The notes: generated by a model from the sequence alone, not told the origin. Counted from the stretch's first letter, positions 1 to 13,713 are shown. The stretch: 64,000 nt of DNA from Octopus sinensis (GCF_006345805.1 NW_021833301.1:11672-75671), one strand, 5' to 3'. Translations and numbers: made by a program.

Positions 1-314
1 CAGCTGGAAAAATATGGGTCATACCCATAATTCAAAAGGCCAGCCTTGCCACATTCTGTGTCACGCTGAATTAGGGTGCGCATGTCTGTGGAGTGCTCAG
101 CCAGTATCACGTTAATTTCACGAGCAGACACCTTATTCGATGCTGTTTGGACTGGTGCACAGTGTACTATGCATCAGATGTGGAAGTGATTGCGCGGCAA
201 CGTGAGATGAAGTGTTTTACTAAAGAACACAACACACCACCCGATCTACGATTTGAAACCACGATCTCGTAATCGTGAGTGCAACACCCTAACCATTAGA
301 CCATACGTTCTCAC
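1..314 (-). mobile_element. SINE family C copy (tRNA-derived head)
   Basis: Reverse complement shows tRNA-like A/B boxes and a GTGTTCTTTAGTAAAACACTTCATCTCACGTTGC block matching the copy at 22243-22480. Confidence 0.7.
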
Positions 315-405
315 TTAATATAAGTTTACTATGTATGTAATAATGAAATTATATATTATGCCCTTTATTGTGTTTCGTTATGTGCGTGATCTGTCGGTCT
401 CTGAA

Positions 406-830
406 CAATATTTTTTTTATTGCCCCCCGGAGGCTAAACATAGAGGGGACAAACAAGGACAAAGAGATTAAGTCGATTAGATTGACCCCGGTGCGTAACT
501 GGTACTTATTTAATCGAGCCCGAAAGGATGAAAAGCAAAGTCGACCTCGGCGGATTTTGAACTCAGAACGTAATGGCAGACGAAATAACGCGCTAACGTT
601 TCTTATTTCTTTACTTCCCACAAGGGGCTACACACAGAGGGGACAAACAAAGACAGACAAATGGATTAAGTCAATTACATCGACCCCAGTGCTTAACTGG
701 TACTTATTTAATCGACCACGAAAGGATGAAAGGCAAAATCGACCTCAGCGAAATTTGAACTCAGAACGTAGTGACAGACGAAACACCGTAAGCATTTCGC
801 CTGGTGTGCTAACGTTTGTGCCAGCTCACC
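406..830 (-). mobile_element. SINE family B, two tandem units
   Basis: Two copies of CGAAAGGATGAAAGGCAAAGTCGACCTC...TTTGAACTCAGAACGT, the reverse complement of the family B body. Confidence 0.85.
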
Positions 831-1324
831 GACCTACAATATTGTCTCTGAACAATATTGTCTTGCATGAAACTAGTCTGTGATCCAAAATCGTTTGGGA
901 GCTGCTCATCTAAATCTCAGGTGGTCTTAAAATCATTTTGAAGCTATTTTAACGAGTTTAGCTTGCCAGATTCAGTTGCTCTGATAAGCAGCTTGGACGA
1001 TTCCGTTCACAGTCGCCCATATTCTATGTGGTACATCTATTGTCACATACGAAATTTGGCTGTTCTAGCGATAGTTGAGATATTAGTAATAAGTGCTTTT
1101 GATCCGAACAAGACTATTTCTATGTAGTTTTTTGAGTTAGGGCAACTACACCTTAGTAAAAATTTTGCTATCCCCTCCCCCTTCCACCACTATATAGATT
1201 AGTTTGAAAAGATAATTGAGCTACAAATCCAGAACTGACGTAGAGTAAACCAAAGTTGATGTGTAAACCAGAGCTGTGGCGTTAAAGAAACAAACATATT
1301 TGCGTTCTGTTGGTAATTTAACGT

Positions 1325-1680
1325 TGGTTTCAAATTTTAGAACAATGCCAGAAATACTGGGGGATGGAATAAGTCGATTACGTGGACCTCAGTGCTCAAG
1401 TGGTACTTATTTCATCGGCCCCGAAAGTAATTCCAACTCAGAACGTAATGGTGGACGAAACGCCATTAAGCATTTTGTCTGACGTCCAACTCGCCATCTT
1501 TGTTGGTAATTTTATATTGACGTTAAGGTGGTGAGCTGGACAAAGCGCTTAGTGACATTACTGTTGGTTCTTTATGTTCTGAGTTCAAACGCCACCAATG
1601 TCGATTTTGTCTTTCATTCTTTCTGGGTCGATAAAATCCGCACTGGTTGAACACTGGAGTCTGCATCGGTTAAGCACTCG
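1325..1680. mobile_element. Two diverged SINE B relics (minus 1325-1490, plus 1525-1680)
   Basis: Partial matches to the B body (GTTCTGAGTTCAAA...CTTTCAT...GTCGATAAA). Confidence 0.6.
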
Positions 1681-2317
1681 ACATTCCCCTCCATCGAGAA
1701 AGAATTTAACATTGGTGTTGTTTGTGTTCGCTTAGTGTAATACTGATTTTTGTGTCTTTTATTTCTGAGACCCATTTGAGATCGAGGGGCTATCATAATT
1801 TACGTTACAGCCGAAAACTTTCCAGTTTTTGTTGTTTGTTTTATCGGAGACTAGAATAATCTTAGACAGTAAAAAAACAATTTCAGGGTGATTGATCTGC
1901 TGTCTCTAGCAGATCGAGTGTCATCATAGATAGATGATTCCTCATAGGCTCAAGAAATGTCAGTGTCGTTTGACTATGTGCTTCAATACCAATACCAATA
2001 TTTATTGGCAATGGCAAATATTAGCGCTGTTAACGAGGTCAATTTTGTCTTTATCATCTGACCATATGTCACCGCTTGTATTTAGCTTAGTTATTGTTCT
2101 TGTTATTGTTTCAACTTTTGGTTGAGTAGATTTGTGACCAAAGACGTTCTAACCGAGCCATAATCGATCTTTTTATAGGTATCTAGAACAACATTATCAA
2201 ACCAATCATTCCCGTATTTGCGCTGATGGGACGTTTATATAAGAGAAATTTGATTGCTGATTCCAGAAAATTGAGCGACCAAGTAGACTTTACCTCTTTC
2301 GTTGATTGTTAGTGATA

Positions 2318-2732
2318 GGCGTAGGAGTGGCTGTGTGGTAAGTAGCTTGCTTACGGACTACATGGTTCCGGGTTCAGTTCCACTGTGTGGCACCTTGGGC
2401 AAGTGTCTTCTATTATAGCCTCGGGCCGACCAAAGCCTTATGAGTGGACTTGGTAGACGGAAACTGAAAGAATCCTGTCGTATATATATATGTGTGAGTG
2501 TGTGTGTGTGTATGTTTGTGTGTCTGTGTTTGTCCCACCAGCACAACATCGCTTGACAACCGATGCTGGTGTGTTTACGTCCCTGTAACTTAGCGGGTCG
2601 GCAAAAGAGACCGATAGAATAAGTACTAGGCTTGCAAAGAATAAGTCCTGGGGTCGATGTGTTCGACTAAAAAAGGTGGTGCTCCAGCATGGCCACAGTC
2701 AAATGACTGAAACAAGTAAAAGGGTAAAAGAG
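2318..2732 (+). mobile_element. SINE family A, full length, with internal (TA)n(TG)n linker
   Basis: GGCGTAGGAGTGGCTGTGTGGTAAGTAGCTTGCTT...GGTTCAGTTCCACTG head, AGAATCCTGTCG-(TA)(TG) linker, CAGTCAAATGACTGAAACAAGTAAAAG tail; more than 10 copies in the window. Confidence 0.9.
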
Positions 2733-3619
2733 AGAAAATGAGATATTGGTATTTCAAGTACCATAACGCTATATATTATTCGTACCTCAATTACAAAACC
2801 AAAATTTTGTAATTTATTTGGAGATATCACGTTATCGAACCTAACAATATAAGACCAGTCATGATTTCATTTATCTATGTTTGTGACAGCCTTACATAAT
2901 TCTGCGCTACTTGTTAATTTAACAGCGTATAAATGATTTCACCACGTATCCGTGGGAAGTAGAAATTCGTTAGAGTATTATATGGAGAATTTCACATTGC
3001 AGATAGAACAGAGGTTTCGTGAATGTGTTAGTACGCCAATTAGTTAGAAAACATCAATAACGGAGGCGTATGCAAGGCTGCAATTTACAACAAGTATGTC
3101 AGCTTATAAGGCTTCCGAACTGGATGGAATGTAGTTGGAGTTATTGGAGAACGTGAGATATTTACAAAGTGATATAAATTGCTAGTCAAGGAAGATTATA
3201 AATGCTATCATAAAAATGATATATTACTCCAATTTCAAATATATGCTGAACGAACGATGCCGACTTTCATCAAATTGGTAACAACATAGCGTTGAAGATG
3301 TTCTGAAAATGAGCAAACAAAGATACGAAAATACGAAAATATTTCTGGTATATGTCATATAAATATACGAGGTCAGAGACCATAAAATAGTATTTATCTC
3401 TCTACCGTCAAAAACATGTAGATTGTTAGGTGGGTTTATTTCAACTATTGCTGTTTATATCAAGCTCAGCCCTGATCATGCGGACCAGTAATGATATACA
3501 TAAGGAATCTAAGACTGTTCTATCGGACTGTGGTATATTTGAGCTCACCTTGGCTTTATATAGTCCTGTAAGTTTAAAATTTCTGCTGGGATGAGCTGAC
3601 CTCTGTTGAATATTACGTT

Positions 3620-3634
3620 GTGTATATATATATG

Positions 3635-3666
<32 letters not shown>

Positions 3667-3771
3667 TGTATGTATGTATGTATGTATGTATGTTTGTATG
3701 TATATATATATTATATATATATATATATATAATATATATATATTATATATATATATATACACATATATGTA

Positions 3772-3800
<29 letters not shown>
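3620..3800. repeat. (TATG)n/(TA)n microsatellite
   Basis: Direct inspection. Confidence 0.95.
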
Positions 3801-3803
<3 letters not shown>

Positions 3804-4739
3804 ACCGATGCGGTTGTACATAGAGTAAATCTGTTTGAAAGTTGTTTTTTTTTTGGGGGGGGGGGGAATGTTTGTCCCCAAACAACACTTATTTTAGTGC
3901 AGTTGACACCGGCGGATGTAATAGTACTGCCCAGGTGTCGAAACCATAATGATAACCGTGGGGCAGCTGATGATGGAGGTAAGTTGGATTGTTGGTATTA
4001 CTGTTTTTGTATATGTGGAATAGTATTATAACACAACCTTTTGACATATATATATATCAGAAGAAATAAGGTACTCAGAAATCTGAATGGTTTTATATTT
4101 ACAAATTTTTATTAATATGTCACATGTTTTTATAAATCATATATTAGCGCTTGCATCTACTCTAGTAGACTCTCCAGATCTGACTGTGTTTGAGATGATT
4201 CCACTCCTTTTCTAGTATTATTGAGTGTGTTGGGGTAGGGAGAAACATAGGATAGTAAAAGAGGGTGAGGAATGGGGAGGAAGTGAGAGTGTGTTCATGT
4301 GTGTGTGTGTGTTGTGTGTATGTATGTGGTGTGTGTATGTGATTGTATCTGTGTCTATGTCTGTATCTGAAAGGGTGTGTCAGTGAAAAAGAGAAGGAAA
4401 GAAAGAAGAAGAGAGAAAGAAGAAAAAATTTGTTTACATCGTTACACCTGGTCAGTTCTTTCAATAGAAATTAATGAGTTGATTTTTGGCCTTTAAAAAT
4501 AGTAAAAGCAGGTGGCTACGCTGAGGGGGGGCTCTTGATAAAAGTTATTTTTCAAAAAATTGTCTGGATCTTTTTATCATCGTCATCATCATTGTCCAGT
4601 GAGATAGCGTGTGTGTTTTTGCGGGTGTGTGTCTGTGTATGTGTGTGTATGTGTGTGTGTGCATGCGTGTGTGTGTGTGTGCCTGTTATCTGAAAGTAGT
4701 GCCAATGGAAAAGAATGCACGTCCCATTACTACTATCAC

Positions 4740-4804
4740 CACCGGTGGTGGTGGTGGTGACAGTGGTGGTGATGGTGGTAGTGGTGGTGGTGGTGGTAGT
4801 AGTG

Positions 4805-4870
<66 letters not shown>
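4740..4870. repeat. (GGT)n-(AGT)n microsatellite
   Basis: Direct inspection. Confidence 0.95.
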
Positions 4871-5009
4871 ATGGAACATGCACTGTAACACCGGGTCTCT
4901 GATCTACAGGTCTGTTTGAGTAGTCATAGCTACTGAAGGCTTTACGAAGTCGGTGTGCAAATCCTTCCTCAGCCACTTTTAGACCCCTTTTTACGGCTCG
5001 AAGAGGAAG

Positions 5010-5130
5010 CGTTCATTCAATTCTTTGGCAGGCTGAAGACCCACACAGCATTAGAGCAGCGTGAAATGAAGTGTTTTGCTCAAGGGCACGGGAATTGAAC
5101 CCACGTCCTCCAGTGATAGTATTGTGGAAG
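5010..5130 (-). mobile_element. SINE family C fragment
   Basis: GCAGCGTGAAATGAAGTGTTTTGCTCAAG followed by GGGAATTGAACCC (B box, reverse strand). Confidence 0.6.
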
Positions 5131-5314
5131 ACACTTGTTTGTTCAACATATCTGAATGGTTCTGGTTTGGAGTTGGCAAAATTATAAGCACTGGCGCATT
5201 AGTAGGGATTGTACTGGTACAAATATTTTAATAAGGAGAGCGTAAATCCTAAGTATGTGTGAGGAAGTTCCTATATATGTATATATGTATGTATGTATCT
5301 ATGTATGTATCTCT

Positions 5315-5349
<35 letters not shown>

Positions 5350-5350
<1 letters not shown>

Positions 5351-5625
5351 ACTATAATATATAATGATGAGACACGTGTTATTCTGTCTCTAAATTGTAT
5401 GTTGATGTTTTGGCGTACCCACTGATGAGAACTCGGCCTAGCAAGTTATTTTATTTGCTAATTAGAGTTTGAAACCGAGGTATGGCCATAAAAATACAAG
5501 GTAATTTTTTTTTTCATTCCCTTCAAAATTTGCTCTTAAATGTGATTTTGGTCGTTTTGACTGCTCCCTCTAGCGTGTAAGGCTGTCTGTTAAAGGTCGC
5601 CTCTTTTGTATTTAATGTACACTAT
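5350..5625 (+). mobile_element. Probable Penelope-like 3' terminus carrying an HHR
   Basis: HHR plus about 140-nt tail ending at (TA)n; the tail is homologous to 46111-46260. Confidence 0.55.
5419..5485 (+). ncRNA. Hammerhead ribozyme motif with extended helix II
   Basis: CCA-CTGATGA-GAACTC..TAGCAAG/TTTGCTA..GAGTTT-GAAA-CCGAGG-TA-TGG; predicted GUA cleavage after 5482. Confidence 0.75.
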
Positions 5626-5626
5626 T

Positions 5627-5710
<84 letters not shown>

Positions 5711-5857
5711 GGGGAGGGAGAGAGAGAGAGAAGGGGGAGGGAGAGAGAGAGAGATGTAGATAGATAGAAATACGTGTCGGACATATATTCTAACTGAAAA
5801 TAGACATAAAGTTGCAATGTTCAGCTTCGACATTCTCCTCATTTAAATGTGTGTGTG

Positions 5858-5910
<53 letters not shown>

Positions 5911-6049
5911 GTATGTATGTATGTATGTATGTATGTATGTTTTAAATCATTTTCTGGAAATAAACATACGATGAAGTTGTTGAGAGTTCTTCGAATGATA
6001 AGCGTTGGTGAAAGTGGCGAACAGAAAGACAGACAGAGGAACAGGCAGG

Positions 6050-6101
<52 letters not shown>

Positions 6102-6248
6102 GAGAGAGAGAGGAACAACAAAAGGACCGAGAGAGGAGAGAGAGACTGAGACAGAGTGAGAGTGGACGAAGGAAAGAACTGAAATATCCGGCATAATTAT
6201 TATAGTAACGAACGTCCTTCATCATCACCATCAGCATCATCATTATCA

Positions 6249-6291
<43 letters not shown>

Positions 6292-6298
6292 TCATCAC

Positions 6299-6335
<37 letters not shown>

Positions 6336-6719
6336 TTCTGCAGCAGCAACAGTAATGATTAATTTTTCTTTTTTTCTTTTTCCACTTGAAGCCACACATC
6401 CACACACATCTTATTTTATAAGTGCCACATACTATTTTTTTTCTTGTATTTTCGTTCCTTTTTCTTTTTTTTTATTTACATTTTAATATATCGTGCCCCT
6501 TAACTGCAACATCCCGGGACTTCTACCCTGTTATCGGATTTTCTGAGTTTTTTTTTTTTTAATAAAAAAAAAATTGTGTTTCGTGGGGTGGAGGAGTATT
6601 AGTCTCTTTTTCGCAGTAGAGAGAGTGCCGTGGGTCATAAAGGGTCGGACGTGGTAAGAGGGTGTGTAAAAAAACATACAAAAAGAAGGCAAGCGAAAGA
6701 GGGGCCGGGAATAAAACAG

Positions 6720-7115
6720 CGGCGGTGACAGTGGTGGTAGTCGTGGTGATGGTGTTTATGGTGGCGGCGGTTGTGGTGAATGTGGTGGTGGTGTGATGGT
6801 GGTGGTGATGATGGCGAAGTCGATGGCGAAGTCGATGGCGAAGTCGATGGCGAAGTCGATGGCTACGGCATCGGTATTGGTGGTGTTGGTGGTGGTGGTG
6901 GTTCTGCTGCTGATGCTGTTGACGTCGACAGAGGTGGCGGCGGCGATGGCAGTGGTGGTGGTGGTTGTGGTGGCGGCGGCGTTGTTGGTGGTGTTGGTGG
7001 TGGTGGCGGCGGCGGTGAAGGAGGTGGTGGTGATGTCAGCGGTGGTGCTGGTGACGGTGGTGTTGGTGGCGGTGGTGTTGGTGGCGGCGGTGTTGGTGGC
7101 GGTGTGGATGGGGTG
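6720..7115. repeat. GGT/GGC/GAT triplet mosaic
   Basis: Direct inspection. Confidence 0.9.
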
Positions 7116-7519
7116 GGTTGGCAGAGGGAAAAGAAAAGGGTAAGAGGCTGCTTAAAGTAAAATTGTTATAAGAGATGACAGCAAAACTTTAAAAAACAAA
7201 AATCAGAAAATATATTAAAACTATTTTCGGTTTCTTTTTTTGAAAAAAAAAATTGCCGAATTAACAAAAATTGCCAAAAAACAAAAATTCAAAAACCATT
7301 AAATAAACTTTAAAAAAAACGATAATGAAAGAAGCGAAGACAACTGATAAGCTGAATTAAGATTCCAGATGAAAAATGGTTAAAATAGTTTGATTGGTGG
7401 ATGTTATGATGTTAGATGATGAAGGAAGCTGAGCTGAGAGGTCTGTGGATGTTGTATGTGTGACATGTAATTGGTTAGCATCCCGTCATCAGTATAAAAG
7501 ACTATGGTAATAATGATGG

Positions 7520-7633
7520 GATGTTGTTGCTCCTGATGTTGTTGATGATGATAGTTATGTTGACGATGATTGATGATAGTGATGACGACGAAGTTGATGA
7601 TAATGACGATGATGCTGATGATGATGTTTAACT

Positions 7634-7686
<53 letters not shown>

Positions 7687-7930
7687 GTGGTGATGATGAG
7701 GATGATGACTGGAGTACTAGGGGGTTTTGATGATGACAACGATGGCGGCGTTGCCGAAAACGATCGCGAATACGATGATGTATGATGATCATGATGATCA
7801 TGATGATCATGATAATCATCATTATCATCGTCGTCGTCATCATCATCATCATCATCATCGTCATCATCATTATCATTGTCATCATCACCGTCATCACCAT
7901 TATCATCATCATCACCATCATCATTTTCAT
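7520..7930. repeat. (GAT)n tract switching to (CAT)n near 7790
   Basis: Direct inspection. Confidence 0.9.
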
Positions 7931-9283
7931 CATCATGAGGAGGAGGATAAAAAGGAGGATTTTAGTCATGATGATGTAGAGATGGACGTGGAGTTGAAGA
8001 GAATGGTTCGTAATCAAACTTGAAGGGCATGACATGATGTTTCTGGCGAAACTGCCACCAACGATTGAACTAATAACGATGATTGTTATCCTCATATCTT
8101 TGTCTCATATGATGGTCATGTGACAAAATCACAGTAATTTTGCTCCATGCTCCAGCACTTTAGGTATTGAGTTCAATCCCACAGTGAGCAACTTTGCTTT
8201 TGATTCTTCAGATCTCCCTCAACTGAATCACCAGTCAAATATTCGGACCGACAAAATCGATTATGGCCGTCCTTGAAATTTCTGGCCTTGTCCCTATGTA
8301 AGAAATTGACAAAATCGTTAGAATGTCGGGCCAAAAACCTTGCAGTAATTCTTATCACTATTTATGATCTAACTCCTAATCTCCCTGAGGTCAAATTTGC
8401 TTTTCATCATTTCGAGGAAGATCAAAATATTTTAAAAAATAAAATAAAAACGACGACTGCTTCCTCTCCCCTCAAAAAAAACTTTCAGACTGGACGGTCG
8501 TAGATACATCCCATGCGACGATATCGTACTACAAACACCCGTACAGTTTCCGAGCATTGCTGGCTAGTGAAGTTATGTGAAACGGCTGTTATGCATAAGC
8601 ACGCGCGTATGCTTGCGTGTAATATGTGTATATATGGATGTGTGTGAGTGTGGGGGTTGTATGCGCTCTGTGTGTGTGTGTGTAACTAAACATGTTTAAT
8701 TACAATCAGACAACCGTGTCGGCGCAAAATATTCTGCCACGTGACACTAACGTACGGACATAGCAGAAAACGTACAGAGGGTTCTAAACTTGATCCCGTG
8801 TTCATTCTCAACAAACACTCGACAGAAAACATTCAGAGAATTGATTGTTTAGTAGTACCACTAGACTTGTTCAGTCAACTGTATCAGCCTTAACTTACAA
8901 CGGTAAACATTGTCACTTGATACTAAGACACGGACGTAGCGGGGAACCTACAAAAATTTCTAAGACCAGTCATGTAACTATCCTCTACCAATCAAACCCT
9001 ATTCAAAACGTATACTAATTTGAGCCATGAACTCCCTATAAAAATAGGGCAAGCTTCAAACACTAATCAGGAGCAAAACAGTTGCGACATAAGCCACATC
9101 ATTCTATTTCAAATTTTTGAAAATCAGTGTAATCTGTGAAACCGGTTAGATCATTCAATAAAATAATAAAAAATATTTCAACTATTCTCAGTGCATTTTC
9201 GACTTGTATTTTCCCTATATGTATGTATGTATGTATGTATGTAGGTAGGTAGGTAGGTAGGTAGGTAGGTAGGCATGTACATA

Positions 9284-10556
9284 TTGGATCATCCCATAAA
9301 TAATGCAGTTTTTAATACTTATTTTATTTTTCAAAATTAAGATAAAGTTCGTTTTTAGTTTAAAATATACTCTCCTTCATTTTGTACAATGGTCTTCCAT
9401 CTTGCAAGGCCCCTCTTCCAAAATTTACTTGTCTGTGACGCAAAATTACTCCTCCAGTACTGTTCTGACCTCTATAGAATTCATAGTTTTTCCGTTCAAA
9501 TGATTTTGAAAACTGCGGAATAAATTATAATCAGATGGAGCAATGTCCGGCGAATATAGTGAGTGGGACATCGTTTACCATTCAAACTGCTCCAGACTTT
9601 GGAATATCAACCTTTTTGTATGTGGCCGAGCATTATCCTGAAGGAAGAACACCTAATATCTTGAAACCAAAGATGATCGTTTTCCTTGTAAGGCTGACTT
9701 AAGCCGCTGAAACAGCTTGCAGTAGAGCTCCTTTGTTATCGTTTGGGTTGGATTTAAAAGTTCAAAGAAGATTAAATATTTCTTATCCCACCAAAGAGAT
9801 AACACCTTACGTGGGTGGAGATCTTCTTTAGCCTGGGGTGCTGGTGTTTCTCCTTTCCCTACCCACTGACTTCGGCGTTTGATATTTTTATAGAGAACCC
9901 ATTTCTGGTCACCAGTCACTATTCAGTCCAAAAAGGGTTCATTGGTGAGACGTAACAGCAGAGAAGAGCACACATTCACACTCTGCGCGCGATAGGCTCC
10001 GAAAGTTTGTGAGCAACACATTGACAGAATTTCTTGATTTTCCGATGGTACACGAGTGTCGATGAATGGCTGAATGACCAAATCCAAGCTCCTTTGCTAC
10101 TTCCTCAACGGTTACGATGGGATTTTGTTCCACCAGGATTTGCAGGATGTCTTTGTCTAGCTCTAAATATCATCCAGCACGAGGTACGTTTTGTAGGCTG
10201 TAATTTTCTGCTCGGAATTTCTGGAACCACCGTTGATACTGGCTTACACTTATTGTCCGATCCTCATATATTGCGTTAATAATCCTCGCACATTCCGTCG
10301 CGTTGTTGCCTTTATTGAACTCATAAAGCAAAATATGCCGAATATGTTCCATTGTCACTTCCATTATAGCTTTGAAAAATTAGATGTTAAAATCGACCTG
10401 CACTCTTCAAAACTTGCACTAAGAATAAGGACAAGGTAAAATTACTACCTGCTTTTATAGCAACTTCATGTAGGTAGTTTATCTCGTCCCCCACCCATAA
10501 ATAATCCGGTTTTTTCAATTGCTTGAGCAATTGAAAAATAACGCATTATTTGTGAC
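9284..10556 (-). mobile_element. Mariner (DD34D) DNA transposon, full length but pseudogenised
   Basis: Fragments EHIRHILLYEFNKGNNATECARII (HTH), TGDQKWVLY, HPRKVLSLWWD and QDNARPH-x-YSPDIAPSDY with 34-residue D-D spacing; TIR core CAYAAATAATGC at both ends; stops and frameshifts. Confidence 0.92.
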
Positions 10557-10621
10557 CGCGTGTGTATTGTTGGCGATTTTCTTTCTCAGTCTTCCCTTCC
10601 TCGGACCTTTCCTTTTTCTAT

Positions 10622-10656
10622 GTTTCTGAGGAAGAGTTCTGCTCGAAACGTTAAAC
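10622..10656 (+). ncRNA. Minimal hammerhead ribozyme motif
   Basis: GTTT-CTGAGGA-A-GAGT TCT GCTC-GAAA-CG-TT-AAAC; helix III is the palindrome ACGT. Confidence 0.8.
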
Positions 10657-10747
10657 CCTCCTTCTTACTTTCCTTTCCTGGGCATCCAATAACGCTATAC
10701 TTGTTCCACGTCCTCGCGTTGTTGTGTTTTCTCTTTATATACATACA

Positions 10748-10847
<100 letters not shown>

Positions 10848-10848
10848 C

Positions 10849-10879
<31 letters not shown>

Positions 10880-11711
10880 CACACGAGCGAGAGAGAGTGA
10901 GAGAGAGAGGGAATAACAAGAATGGAGAAGGTATGGAAAGAATTTTGAAAAGAAGTGGGAGTTTAATTTGAAATTGTAAACTGAAATAATGATGTTTGCT
11001 GTTGTCCAATATTGGGTGGTTCATTAAGTCTAATGTGTTGGGGGTAGAAGCGCCAACATTAGAAGGAGTGGCGTCAGCGTCAGCCTCGACGCCGGCGTCG
11101 GCAGCGGCAGCAGTTGTTGTTTGTTGCGGGGCGATGTATTAGCGTGAAACAGAAATTGAAATGTTGTCGTTGGCCGATTCAAATATTGCGATTTGTGGTG
11201 TTAGCCGGGAGGGGGAGGGGCAAGAGAGTTCAAGTGATGGTTAAGGATTGAACTGGCGGGGAGGGCAGATTTTATGCTTTTGCCTGTTTTTGTTATTGTT
11301 GTTATTTTGGTAGTGGCGATGCCTGTGGTGAATGGCAAGGCTGGTTATGGCGATTATGATTGTGATCGTGATGGTTAATACTGAAGTTGTTCCGAGTTTT
11401 CTTTATTGTTGTGGTGGTGGCGGTGGAAGTGGAAGTGGTGGTGGTGGTGGATTTTGTACAAGTCAACAGAGGACGATAAAGAGTTCGACAATTATGATGA
11501 CGACAACGACGACGACGATGATGATGATGATAGTTATGTTGATGATAAAGATGACAATGTTGATGATAATGCTGATGATAAAAACGGTGATAAAGAGAGA
11601 TATGTAAAGAAGGAGGAAGAAAAAAAGGAGAAGGATAGAACGTGGATGGTTACGAAGGTTCTAGTGGTAGTAGTGGAGCCGAGAACGACAATGATGATGG
11701 TTATGGGGACA

Positions 11712-11979
11712 TAAACACACCACCATCGATTTTCAAGCGATGTTGGAGGGACAAACACAGACACACAAACATATATACACACATACATACATATATACAG
11801 GTATATATATATATATACATATATAAGACAGGCTTCTTTCAGTTTCAGTCTACGAAATCCACTTACAAGGCTTTGGTCAGCCCGAGGCTATAGGTGCCCA
11901 AGGTGCCACGCAGTGGAACTGAGCCCGGAACCATGTGGTTTTCTAAGCGAGCTACTTACCACACAGCCACTCCTATGCC
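11712..11979 (-). mobile_element. SINE family A, 5' portion
   Basis: Reverse complement of the A head and linker. Confidence 0.85.
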
Positions 11980-12539
11980 TATGAATACACGTTCATAGAA
12001 ACATACTAAAGTCTCTTCTAAATAATAATTGAAATATATGTTATCTATACGTAACAATTTTTATAATACATATATGTGTGTATGCGTGTGTGAGCGTATT
12101 GGTGTGTGTTTGTGTGTGTGTGCGTGTGTGTATGTGTGTATGTGTGTCAATGCGTGTGGATGTGCATGTGTACGAGTGTGTATATGTATGAATGAATGAA
12201 TGTAGACCATACAAACACAAGCACATACATATGTATATGTGCGTATGTATGTGTATATGTACACACACACACACACCACACACACCCCACACACACACAT
12301 ATATATATACTAAGAAAAAGGCTTTTATTTGTTTTTCGAACTCGTCAAGACAAAATCTTAATCAGAATTGTAAAAACAGGATGTTTCGTTGTTGATTTAT
12401 ATGAATCGGATATTTTTTTTTTGGGGGGGGGGGTATTTTTTTGTTTACAAGAGAATATTGCTTTTGCTTTTCGGCGTGAAAAAGGGAGGAGAGAGAAAGA
12501 AAAGCAAGGCGGGGGAAATAGACAGAGAGGGATGTTTCA

Positions 12540-13014
12540 GAACAATCAAGAAAGAGGAGCAAAACATAAGACAAACAGACGGACAGACACCCCTTACGAA
12601 AGAGTGAACGCCAACCAAAACAATCTCAAAAGACACCCCACAAGAGCAAAATTCACACCAGAGAAAGAATCAGAATTCTCCGTAAAAGAAAGTGGAGATA
12701 GCCGATGTGGAACATGCAACAATAACAACAAGTTCAAATACTTAGAAAGGGGTTCCCACATAAAATTCAAGAGCGGATTTTCGTTCAAAGTAAATGCAGA
12801 TATGACCTGTAAGAATCTCATATACTGTATTACTCGCCACAACTACAAGGAAAATTACATTGGCGAAACGAACAATTCCCTCTGCCAATGTGCAAGAATC
12901 CACGGACAACATATCCGACAGGAGGAATTGCGTAAGATTCCACTGAGCAAGCATCTAGAAATATGCTGTGAAAGAAAGTTGTTTGTGAATGTGGTTCCAA
13001 TGTTGATAACGTGA
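12540..13014 (+). pseudogene. Penelope-like element linker plus GIY-YIG endonuclease remnant
   Basis: QNNLKRHPTRAKF...RCGTC...MTCKNLIYCIT...NYIGETNNSL...IHGQHI...PLSKHLEIC, matching the PLE GIY-YIG pattern. Confidence 0.85.
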
Positions 13015-13329
13015 TATTCATCTCTGTAAATAATCATATATATATACAAAATCATATATATACCAAATTTAGACAAATGGACACCTTTTATGCTAAACAT
13101 AGACATCAAATCGTCATTACCACGAAGAATGTGATCCAGTTAAAGTGAAAGCATTTGAAAGATACACCCAAAAATAAATTGTAGAACTTTATACGTGATC
13201 GATTTCAGTTGAGCTTTCTGTATCTAGTTCTGGAAATTATGTTTTGTAAACCACAGACTATGCTGATGATCTTGCAGATATTTGCGTGTTCATATACGTA
13301 AATATCAACAAGTGAAACCAATGTTACAT

Positions 13330-13713
13330 AGGTAAACGTTTTTTTTTTTATTTCGTATATTTTCATTTGTCTTATTTTTACATTTTGGTATTTAGCTGAG
13401 ATTGTTCTTGAGAACACATTCTTCGTAGTAATGGCGATTTGACGTCTATGTTTAGCATAACGGGTGTCCACTTTAGTAGTCATTCTTCTAAATTTTGTAT
13501 GTAACACAATTTTTAATCTTCGGATTTTTTAAATATGCTAAGCCACTGGTTTTAATTGATTAATATCAATTTCTACCCTAATTATTTAATTTTAATTTTA
13601 TATATATATATATATATAATATATATATATATCTATATATATATATATATAATATATGGGTGTGTGTGTGTGTGTGGTGTGTGTTTGTGTGTGTGTGTGT
13701 GTTGTGTGTGTGT

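Noticed and set aside
2318-2395. tRNA-like A/B boxes at SINE heads (also 16876, 22243, 61123, 62489)
   Set aside because: The cloverleafs are incomplete and continue into SINE bodies, so they are not tRNA genes.
4880-4976. Peptide AEEGFAHRLRKAFSSYDYSNRPVDQRPGVTVHV, superficially like the Cys-loop receptor N-terminal L..YD...RP motif
   Set aside because: It runs straight into an (ACT)n repeat, has no good splice donor, abuts a SINE C fragment, and no further receptor exons are visible. Likely chance; a spliced RNA-seq hit would overturn this.
9284-10364. Mariner as a domesticated SETMAR-like gene
   Set aside because: It has multiple stops and frameshifts, TIRs are retained, and there is no adjoining SET-domain sequence.
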